Assembly (NCBI RefSeq): GCF_018977255.1
Contig: NW_024704762.1
Coordinates: 2,976,001 to 3,040,000, forward strand
Direction of reading: 5' to 3'
DNA from: Callorhinchus milii
Lineage: Eukaryota
Length of the DNA stretch: 64,000 bases
The notes under the pieces were generated by a model. That model searched no databases. It was not told where the DNA came from and saw only the letters and a program-made list of their open reading frames with translations. This document shows, one piece after another, positions 25,077 through 35,129 of this stretch (the first letter of the stretch is position 1; each line of letters starts with the position of its first letter). The position numbers and the translations under genes were made by a program.

Positions 25077-25208
25077 ACACCCTCTGTCAGCTGTCAGTCC
25101 CTGAACGGATCAATGAGAAACAAGCTCCCAGAGGCTGCACTCGCATATTCCCAAACAATACATTCACCAGATGCAGAAGCACATGTCAGCCTCAAACTCA
25201 GATTAAAG
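25077..25208 (+). other. Candidate 132-nt exon (gene unknown)
   Basis: Acceptor cctgttttttccctcAG, branch-like cactaat upstream and consensus donor AAG|GTGAGT. Two frames are open. No protein recognised. Confidence 0.35.
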
Positions 25209-25364
25209 GTGAGTGAGCAATGTGGATTTCATGCCCTCCTGTCTCAATGCCCCCAATACCTCGAGGGATTCCTGCACTTTGCAGGAAAGGCATGTCTAAC
25301 GACAAGAAACAAAGGAATTGTCACCATCAGATTTGGTTTGAAGGGGCTGGGTCGTCAATGACAG

Positions 25365-25775
25365 GTCCCAGCCTGGCTTGGTCTGTAGCACTCTTGGATC
25401 TGAGACAGAAGGTTCTGAGATCAAGCCACACATCAGGACTTTGAACTCACAGATGAGGCTGACACTAGAATTGAAGGGGGCCCTGGTTGTCGGAAGTTGC
25501 CATCCTTTAGATGAGACGTTAAACCGAGGCCCCACTCTGCCTGTTCAGACATTAAAGATTCCTTTGTACTACTTGAAAAGAGAAGGGAGTTTCTCCCGGT
25601 GTCCTTTGCCAACAACCCCCCAAAATAAAACCAGTCACCCACTTCATGGTTATTTGTGTGACGTTGCCGCGCTTGCCTACAAAGTACACAGTCACTACAC
25701 TTTACAGTAAACTGTGAAGCGCTTTGAGACATCCTCCCGACACGAAAGGCACAGTTTAAAATGTAATTTGCATTG
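25365..25775 (+). mobile_element. DeuSINE family A, full length
   Basis: Head cagcctggcttgg...tagcactctt...cagaaggttc, Deu domain gatgagacgttaaaccgaggccc, and tail. Confidence 0.85.
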
Positions 25776-25919
25776 TAATTATGGAAACTTCTTCAGTTGG
25801 GCTGTATCTGCGGGTGGCAGGACTCATCAAGGATTCTGATACAGCGCTGGGACCCAAGGATGATGGGAGGGTGGGTGAACAGACTGAATCTATCTGAGTA
25901 GAGGTGAGAAAGAAAAAAG

Positions 25920-26108
25920 AGAAGTATTACTCTGTTAGGAATTCATTATAGACATTAAGTGAGATGGAGGAAGAAATTTGGAGAGAAATCCAGGAGAGGA
26001 GCAGAAATAACAGGGTCATAATATTAAGGGACTTAATTTATCCTAAAATAGACTGGGACATAGTTTATGTGAATAACAAAAATGGAGAGGTTTTTCGGCA
26101 GTGTTTAC
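25920..26108 (+). mobile_element. CR1 APE-endonuclease fragment
   Basis: Translates as ITLLGIHYR...EEEIWREIQERSRNNRVIILRDLIYPKIDW, a decayed GDFNYPxIDW motif. Confidence 0.75.
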
Positions 26109-26139
26109 TGGGGGAGAGTTTAGGAAGGAGATGATTTAT

Positions 26140-26518
26140 GGAGTCCTGTAGCATAAGTGGTTAGAGCGCTCGCCTCGCAAGCGAGAGGACCCTGGTTCGA
26201 TTCCCGGGTGTGGCGAAACCTTAGGCAAGTTTCCTTACTCCACACTCCTCTGGTTACCCAGCAGTAAGTAGGAACTTGGTTGTTAGTCGATTGGTGGATC
26301 CCTTTCCAGGTGTAATAAGTCCTCAAAAGTAAATATCTTCACTGAATCCACGACTGTTAATGGGACACTGGTGTGCGCAATTGGCTGCTGAGTTTGCCCA
26401 CAAAGCGTACTGTCACTCCACTTTACAGTATATTCTGTGACGTACTTTGAGATGTCTCAACGACGTGATAAGGCGCTATATCAAATGCAAAGATTATTAT
26501 ATTATCATCATTATTATT
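26140..26518 (+). mobile_element. SINE family B, full length
   Basis: ggagtcctgtagcataagtggttagagcgctcgcctcgcaagcgagaggaccctggttcgattcccggg (cloverleaf-like head) through the tail. Confidence 0.92.
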
Positions 26519-27562
26519 CTTGAAGGCACAGTCAAAGTGCATGTTTTTTNAAGTGCTTTGAAAGTAGATGGGGGTCATGGGTTGAAGTTAGATGGTTCAA
26601 GGTGTAGAGAGTTACAGAGAGCAAGGGGCAGAGCAGCTAAAAGAAATGGGATGTGGGGAGGGGTCGGATCAGACCTTAAAATAAGACTGAATTTAAAAAT
26701 GTTCCATTTTCTGTGACATGTTAGGCTTCAAGACAAAAACTCTTACATGTTAAGGTGAAGTGGAATCCTTATTTTTATTGAGCAAATAAAATCGTGCTGG
26801 CTTTAGCTCTTATTCCTCTTTACATTTACAGAGTCTTGATCAATGTTAGATTTGCAGAAATAACACTATCTTCATTATGACGAATTACCATCAACGTTAA
26901 TATCCTTTTGTTTATTTATCATGATTATTTTCTACGCCTTTGGGATGGCATTGAGGGAAGTGGGCTGAGAGGAGTCACAGAACCCGTCAGTGTGTGTGAA
27001 GGAGCTGGATTAGCATCGATGGAGATGCAATCATTAGCACAAGGCGCGGGCTAGGAGGAGTCAGTGAGATTGAAGCGAGGAGACAGATGAATTAACATCA
27101 GAAGAGATAACGTCATTTAACAGAGAGAGCACTGGCTGAGAGTCAGCAGTGCAGCTGGCATTTGTCAGGGTGCTGAATTAACATCGGCAGAGATACTGTC
27201 ATTAACAGGGCACTGCTGGGAGGAGGTACTAAACTTAGCAGTGAAAGGGAGCTGTATTAACATCTGCATGGTTGATTTGACACCATCATTGAAGGGGTTA
27301 ATAACTGTATAGCTATTGATATTAATTCAGCCCCTTCGCACTGTCTGGCTCAATAACTCCTCCGAGCCTTAAGGGTGCTTGATATCAGTTGCACACAGTG
27401 TTTAAACTGATATATTCAGGGGATCGATAGAGACAGACAGGAGGGCGAAAAATCAAAAGGATATGAAAATTGATCACAAATTCTGCACCCGTTTTTATTA
27501 AGAAGCTCGCACTTCTCAATGTTACAAGGAACAGTTTGGCTAATTATGCAATTTTTTCTTTT

Positions 27563-27812
27563 TGGTCAGTCGGGTGTCTTGACAGACGCGGAAACCCATT
27601 ACCGTGCTTAGAGAGTCCCCAATCCAGACTGAGAGTTCTATGCATCCCACCTACAATTGGAAATTCCTGTATTTTGGAATGGAGTGCTCCCTCTCTCTCC
27701 TGGAGGGACGCATCCTGCTAATCCCAGAGAGTATTAGGCCCAGGTTGGTGAGAGTCAAGGCTTCGGGACCCAGGAACCAGGAGTGTGCGTAATTGCTGGA
27801 GTTTAACCAGCT
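27563..27812 (-). repeat. Family X, copy 3
   Basis: T-run followed by ggtcagtcgggtgtcttgacagacgcggaaaccc...ccagactgagagttctatgcatcccaccta. Confidence 0.75.
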
Positions 27813-27924
27813 TTAACTAATTTAAATGATATTGGTTCAGTGGGGAGTGGGCAAACTCTCTGCGTTGAGAGAAATGTTTAGTTATAGTTCAAGCTCTCAC
27901 AGGGAAATCTATTTTTAATGACAC

Positions 27925-28112
27925 GATCCACCTGTCAACCTTGGTTTAACGTCTCATGCAAAGAATGGCACCACCAACAATGCAGCGCTCTCCCCAACGC
28001 TACACTGGAGTGTCAGCTTAAACTGTGAGGTCAAAGTCCCTGACATGGGGCTTGAACCCACCATCTTCTGACTCAGAGGCGAGAGCACTCCCGGCTTAGC
28101 CAGACTGACACC
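27925..28112 (-). mobile_element. DeuSINE family A 5' half
   Basis: ggtttaacgtctcat...ggggcttgaacccaccatcttctgactcagaggcgagagcact. Confidence 0.8.
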
Positions 28113-28169
28113 CAGCAAATACCAACCTTGCAATTAACATTCAAATACCGGACGTAGCATATGGATGTA

Positions 28170-28295
28170 TATTTGTAGGTCAGGGTATTAAGGGATATGG
28201 GGCAAGGGTGGGTTTGAAATACAGATCAGCCATGATCTTATAGAATGGCGGAACAGCTCGAGGGCCTGAATGGCCTACTGTTTCTATGTTTCTAT
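28170..28295 (+). mobile_element. CR1 3' UTR/tail
   Basis: gatcagccatgatcttatagaatggcggaacagctcgagggcctgaatggcctact...ctatgtttctat. Confidence 0.75.
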
Positions 28296-28590
28296 TATTA
28301 CTGTAAGAATTCCCATCTTATCATTTGCAAAAACAAAAAAACATTTAGTCCTGTATACCCAGTGATAGTTTAATCCTTCCACTGTCTCCCTTTTCTCCAG
28401 TGACAGCCTGGCTCAGCTGGTAACACTTCGCCTATACTGTGAAGCACTTTCAGATGCCCTCCTGATGGGAATGGCACGATATCAAATGTAAGGATTGATA
28501 TTATTTTTCTCTTATTGTTCTCAGTGTAACTTTGCTTTATTCTCTTTCAAACTTAATGGAAACTAACCAAAGCCTGAGAGCACCTTTTTT

Positions 28591-29005
28591 GGGTCAGCTG
28601 GGTGTCCTGAGACATATGTAAACACAGCACCATGCTTAAGAGTATCCAAACCAAACTGAGAATTCCATGCATCCCACCTACGCATGGAAATCCCAGAGAT
28701 ATTTCTTGAAATGGAATACGCACTCTCTCTGGTGGGACACATCTTGCTTACCTAATTCCAGAAAGTATTAGGCGTAGGTTGGCAAGAGCCAAGGCTTGAG
28801 AGACCCCAGAGTCTGCGTTGGAGTAACCGCTGGAGTCTGATCAGCTAAAACTGTATATCTTGCCATTGAGACCACTGCCTAACAAGCTTTCCTGCTGCTT
28901 GTCCAGCTAGGATCACCCTATCCGTCAGGGCTTTGGTTTGCAGAGTTTAATGGGAGCTGAGTGGAAGAATCCCTGCCCCCAGTGACTGGTCTACCCTCAC
29001 AAGAC
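28591..29005 (-). repeat. Family X, copy 4 (long)
   Basis: Colinear with the reverse complement of 48071-48456 and 19145-19555. Confidence 0.8.
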
Positions 29006-29964
29006 CTGACAGCAATTGGATGAGTGAACGTACACGTAAAGGTTAAATCCTCTATTGACATCACAAACCACTTCTGTAGCCTCGAAAGATGGTGCATTTG
29101 ACCCTCTGGGCGAAGAAGTGGCTGTGAACCAACAGTAAAACCCACATACAATCAGCGTCATTCACATTCGGGAGCATAGTTTGTCTCCTCGGCCCTCTAC
29201 ACAAGTAGCTACAATGCATGTTATGTCTCAGTAGTGAAGTGGGAATTATTACTCAGTTTCTCCCGTCACAAAGCCATTTTGCTCCAATATCCACCACAGA
29301 AATTCAACCCATGGGCTAGGCTGGATTGAGAACTGTCTCAGAGGTTAAAGGCCAGTCTGCCAAATGGTTCCTGGACTCTTTTCCAAGGGATTTGCCCAGA
29401 TGGACCTAAAGGCCTTCTTCTTCCAAACTGATCTTGCGATCTTGTGAATTGTGCTTCATACACAATATGATTGCTTTGGCAGTAACTGGAGAAGCTGTAT
29501 TTTTTTTCAAAAACTGCGGAATTTCTTTTCCAAATGAAAACCTAGTACGAACAGTTCCAGGCGATCTTCGGTGGAATCTCTTAGGTGGAATCTCACGCCT
29601 AACTTTCGCCCACAAAATAAATAGTCGACCCACTTTACAATATATTCTGTGAAACGCACGTCAATGACGTGATGAGGCGCTATATCAAATGCAAAGATTA
29701 TTATTGTTAAATTCTATGGCGAGCCCATTGTTCATGTCAATGACTCATAAAGCTTCTTGTTCTGCTGCAAAACTATTCTTAAACCAGGTGACTTTCTTGG
29801 TATACTTTCTCCACTTTCTATATATCTTTTATGAGACTCTTGTTAAAAAGATCTACTCCCGTCAGCCAGTCTTTCTCTGCTGAAGAGCAAGTTGCTCGAG
29901 TTGAATACATTCGTGGAAAGAAAGGCCCATTAAAAGCATCTTGGCTGTTCTTATTAAGATTGTA

Positions 29965-30250
29965 AGCCTGGCTTCCAGTTGCTGAAGTTAATGACTATGC
30001 TGAGCTTACAGTCTAGGCTGACACTCATACCTAGTGCTGTGGGAGCGCTGCTTTGTCAGAGGTGCCGTCCTTCAGCCATTATACCGTGGCTACATCTGTC
30101 TGTTCAGATGGTTGATAAAGATCTACTCGAAAAGAGAAGGGAGTTTCTCTCAGTGTCCTGGCTGATAATCTCCCGAATAAAAATCTGTCATGGCTGTTTA
30201 TTGGGCTTTGCTGTGCACAAATTGGCTGCCACTGAAAACACTATCTTGCA
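29965..30250 (+). mobile_element. DeuSINE family A, degraded
   Basis: gtctaggctgacact...gtcagaggtgccgtccttc...gaaaagagaagggagtttctc. Confidence 0.7.
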
Positions 30251-31699
30251 AGCTTCCTGTAGCTTGTGTGGCTGGGACCAGCTACTAAGCAAGGCTTTGG
30301 CTAAGCGCTCGGAGACATCGTCCGGTGTGAAGGGCAGTATATAAATGCAAGTTGTCGTTGCACGGTTAACGGGAGCTAAGTGGGAAGAATCCCTGCTCCC
30401 TGTGTGTGTGTGTGTGTGTGTATATATGGTGGTGGGGGGGCAGGGGTGGGTGTGGGTGGGAAGAAGGGTTGAATGGGTTCTTTGGGTTTATTATCTTTCT
30501 TCCTTTCAATCTTATTCTCACTTTCGCTTCTGAGGTTCCTAAATGTTTCATTCTGCGTTATATGAATTAATAAAACATTAAGGCTACTGAAGTGGTTCAG
30601 GCTTATTGAATTCCGAGATGGATACATCCAGGGAATTGTGGGAATCATTCCCTCGATGTATCGGTCTCAGAATCTAATAAGCCTGGTAAACCTGATGGTT
30701 TACTCCGAGCTGAAGATGTTACCCTTGTTATTAAGAAAATTACAGCATCTCATTTATTTTTTATTTGCTTTCTCAAAAGAGCCCAATGAGTGGCTTTGTT
30801 TGAAAGTTTGAAAGATACCTTAAAGGCGCTGACTCCCTCCTCCTTTCCGCTAATGTTGGATTGCTCCACTCCCCCCTCTCTCCCTCTCACCATCCACCCA
30901 CCCCAGTACTCTGTACAGAAGCTGTACTATGTGTGTGAAGAGTCAGTACTGTGTACAAAGACTGTACTGTTTACACAATCTGTCCTATGTGCAGATAATG
31001 TGATCAGCCCGAAGTCTAAGCACAGAATCCCTGTAAATGTGGGCGTTTAGAATGGATTTGTTTGTAATAAAGAAAGTACGCTTTAAGTAGCCTGACAACT
31101 AGAGTATATGGATTAAGTGCACAGAAAGCGTAATGCAAACACAATTACAGATAATTCAAGCTGTGAAATAAACGGAGAACAAACATCAATACTGTGGGAG
31201 GACAGCAGCAGCTCACAGACGGGGAATCAGACAGTGGGGAGCGTACGAGAGGAACTAACAGATCGAGCTGAGATCACTGCTGAGCGAGAGTGGAGCCCCT
31301 GACCCTTGAGAGTCCGGATGTGACAGTGACAAAAGGAGTTCCCTGTGGGGTGCTCACACTGCTCCGATGTCCGCTTAATGTTCATTACCAGCCAGGAAAA
31401 GCAGCGGCCAGGAAAAGGCATTCGCTCCGTTTTTCGAGAGGAGCACAGTTTTCTTTGTCGTGATTTTGTCCCGGCTGACGATCTCCCATGTAAAACTGGT
31501 ACTCACTCCACGGCTGTTTGTGAGACATCGCTGTGCGCAAATTGACTGCCACAAAATACGCACAGTCACAGCACTTTACTGTGTTTCGTGAAGCACTTTG
31601 AGATGTCTCAGTGATGTGACAAGGTGCTGTATCAAGTGCAAGGATTATTATTATTAATATTATATATGTATTGTTTTAGGCTGTACAATAGTGCCTTTG

Positions 31700-31928
31700 C
31701 ACGTTGCGGAATGACAGGGATGGGATAGGGCAAGGCAGTGGGATTGAATGGAGAGTTTGCTCTGAGAGACAAAGCGGGCTCGATGGGCTGAATGGCCTCC
31801 TTCTGCTCTGTAAATATCCCACGCCTCCTGCAGGATAGAACCTAGGGAAGCTGTAATGCTGGGTTGTGGGACGCTCTGCCACATGAGGTGGTTAGAGGCA
31901 GAGACGATTGTGGGTTTCAAGAGGGAAG
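31700..31928 (+). mobile_element. CR1 3' fragments (rearranged order)
   Basis: The tail gatgggctgaatggcctccttctgctctgta precedes tgggacgctctgccacatgaggtggttagaggcagagacgattgtgggtttcaagagggaagta (ORF2 end). Confidence 0.6.
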
Positions 31929-32294
31929 TAATAATAATTCTTGCATTTGATATAGCGCTTTATCACGTTATTGAGACATCTCAAAGCGCTTCACAGGATA
32001 TATTGTAAAGTGAATTGACTGTACTTTATGGGCAAAAAAAACAGGTATATGAAAGGTGGAAGCTTGCATGGGAATGGAGATTGAATGGAAAGCTTGCTTG
32101 TTCATGTGAACATCGAAGAATCTGTAGCGCTATTTCAAAGGAAAAGGGAGTTCTTCCTGGTGTCCTGACTAACAGTCTTCCAGATAAATTGGTCATTTTA
32201 CTCGTGGTTGTTTGCAGGACATTGTTGTGCACAAATTGGCTGTCGTGTTCTCCTGTAAATACACATTCGATATAGGGACGTCTCAATTGAGCTT

Positions 32295-32660
32295 CACAGT
32301 AAAGTGTAGTGACTATGTATTTTGTGGGCGAACGCAGCAGCCAATTTCTTCCACACAGCAATGTTCCACAAACAACCATGGAATGAGTGAACAATTTTAT
32401 CTGAGGGATTGTTGGCCAGAACACAAGGAGAAACCTCTTTTCGAATAGTGCCTTGGGATATTTAACTTCATCCTGGACAGCAGACAGGTTTAACATCTCA
32501 TCCATAGAGACAGCACACCTCTGACACTGCATCACGCCCCCAGTACTACATTGGAGTGGCAGCCTAGATGATATAAGTTCCAAGTCTCGACATGTGGCTT
32601 AAACCGACAACCTTCTGACTCAGAGGTGTGAGAGTACTCCCAACTGAGCCAGGTTGACAG
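32295..32660 (-). mobile_element. DeuSINE family A
   Basis: Deu domain and head (caaccttctgactcagagg...ctcccaactgagccagg). Confidence 0.82.
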
Positions 32661-34487
32661 CAGTGCAAGGATTAGCATGTATCAAGTACCATGCCTATAA
32701 ATATAATCTGGCCTTTTAATGTAAAGTTGAAACCAGAAGAATATCTCACCCTTTTGTGCAGAAGACATTCCGAATGAATTGGTTTCTGGTGTTCCTGATG
32801 GGAGAGCAGAGTGAAGAGGAGGGTGGGGAGCGGGAATGGGATCATGAGAAAACTTCAGAGTTCAATGTTCAAAGGTGAAACATGACTAATCCAAACAAGG
32901 CTCAAGCTAGGTTATTTTAGACATCAGCTGAACTGACATTTACTTTAATAAACCATGTAAGATCTGTCGCAGACCCAGAATCTTGACATAACTCAGACAG
33001 ATAGTTTGTTGATTTTCAAAAGGAATATTAAGGAGTCTTCCTGCCAAGCTGAAAGCTTTCCTTTGATTCTTGTGGCTATCTTATAAGCTAAGACCTGTCA
33101 GTGGATCTTTCCTGCTGATAGTGGATAAGTGCAGAGAAATGGTTTTGGTGAAGAGTGATAGACATGTGGAAGAAACTACAGCTGTTGAAAGCAAGATTTC
33201 AGAAAGCAACTACACAATGTGCTGGAAACACAATAGAATTTACATTTGTACAGCGCATTTCATATCAGGAGGAAATCTTAGAACGCTTCACAGGAGTTAT
33301 TACTCTTTGTGAGACGCTGCTGTGCCCAATTGGCTGCCACGTTTCGTCCACAAAATATGCAGTCACTACACTTTAAAGTGTACCCTGTGAAGCGCTTTGA
33401 CACGGCTCTAGGTTGTGATAAGGCACTATATCAAATTCAAAGATTATTATTATTGTAAAGTGCAGTGACTGCGTGTATTTGTAGGCAAACATGGCAGTTA
33501 ATTTGCACACAACAGTGTAACACAAACAGCCATGAAGGAATGAGCGATTTCATTTGAGGGACTGTAGGGCAGGACACCGAGAGAATCTCCCTTCTCTTTT
33601 CAAATGGTGTCATATGGTTTTTACCATGTCGAGATGTTTCTGGTTTCTGCCCATAATGTATGAAGTATGGGGAAAGGGCAGGTTAGTGGAACTGAATGGA
33701 TTACTGTTAAAAGAGATGGCGCAGATACGACGGGCCGAATGACCTTCCTCTGTGCAAATTTTTATAGTTCACAATCCTGAACCTGGCCCCTCTGTGTTGA
33801 TGACTGAAAGCCAAACCTCTCACAAGGCACAAATCTATCTTGATTCCCTCAGGCTTCATTGTAGATGATTAAAGTTTCCACCATTGGGGACCTCGTCCTC
33901 TGGCCAATTCCCAATTTCCAAAAGGTCAACCCAGGAAGGGTCAGCATGGAGGAGCCATGGTTTGCGTTGATGTTTTGGTTAAGGCCGTTATGTGCAGCTA
34001 AGATCTAAGAGGAAGAAAAAAAAAACATCAAGGGATTTTATTAATAATAAAATGTGCATTGTTGTCTAGATTAATGTCACCCATAAACTCCTTGCAGTCT
34101 TAATTTTGCAAACTAATTTCAAATACACCTGAATTTCTCTTCCAGCATTAACACTCTTTTAACTTCTTTCCCTGACAAATTTATAAAGTCGAGACTTCCA
34201 CTGACAATTGAATCTAAATGGGTTATCCAGTCATTACATGAGTAATATTAGCACTAATTTGTATTGTAGATGAACCCTCAACTCAAATTATCCGGGCTTC
34301 AGTGTTATAAATTATATATTGTTTGAATCCCTGGATTAGAAAGATTCCATTATTATTTATTAGCCTATCATTCATTTTTTATAATAGCCTCTTGATTTTG
34401 AAGAGAATGAGAGGATTTAGCATGGAGGCTCACCCTTTCACCACCAGTTACATTACCTAATGAGTTATCTCTGTCAGAGACACATTA

Positions 34488-34710
34488 GAATCATAGAATC
34501 TTACAGCACAGAAGGAGGCCATTCGGCCTATCGTGCCTGTGCCAGCTCTTTGAAAGAGCTACCAACTAGTCCCACTCCCCCGCTTTTACCCCATAGCCCT
34601 GCAATCTTTTCCTTTTCAATTACATATTCAATTCTCTTCAGAAAGCTTCTCTAGAATCTGCTTCTACCTCAGGCAATGCGTTGCAGATCGTAACAACTTG
34701 CTGCATAAAA
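34488..34710 (-). mobile_element. CR1 (HER1-like) 3' end
   Basis: agaatcatagaatcttacagcacagaaggaggccattcggcc...gccagctctttgaaagagct. Confidence 0.85.
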
Positions 34711-34764
34711 TAATTTCTCTTATAATGCAAAAAAAAATTATAGGGGTCATCCTAACCTATAGTC

Positions 34765-34962
34765 TCAAGTCACAAGATCACAAGATTGGATTGGATGAAG
34801 AAGGCCCGTCGGCCCATCTGATCTTATCCCTCCAGAACACCCACCCTACCATTTCCCTCTACCCATTCCCCTCCCACCCACCCACCACTACATCAAGTTG
34901 CTTTTTAAATGAGTCCAGTATCCTGGTCTAAACCATCTTTGCTGGCAACCTGTTCCAGTCTA
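34765..34962 (-). mobile_element. CR1 3' end (second tail type)
   Basis: tcacaagatcacaagattggattggatgaagaaggcccgtcggcccatctgatc. Confidence 0.8.
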
Positions 34963-35129
34963 GTAGTTTCAACCCTAGCGGGTCACAAAGTCCGATTCTA
35001 TGGTTTAGTTGTTCCCTTTGCATCTGTTTATTTTTTTCAAAGAACAATAATTTGCATTTATACAACACAGAGGAGAACGAGAATGTGGAACTCACTGCCG
35101 GAAGCTGTGGTTAAAGCAAAAAAGCATCA

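Noticed and set aside
26140..26215. tRNA gene
   Set aside because: Cloverleaf-like, but continuous with the SINE body and repeated at many loci; it is a SINE head.
32026..32583. 185-aa ORF and the many short ORFs ending in YQMQGLLL or IKCKDYYY
   Set aside because: Translations of SINE bodies and tails.
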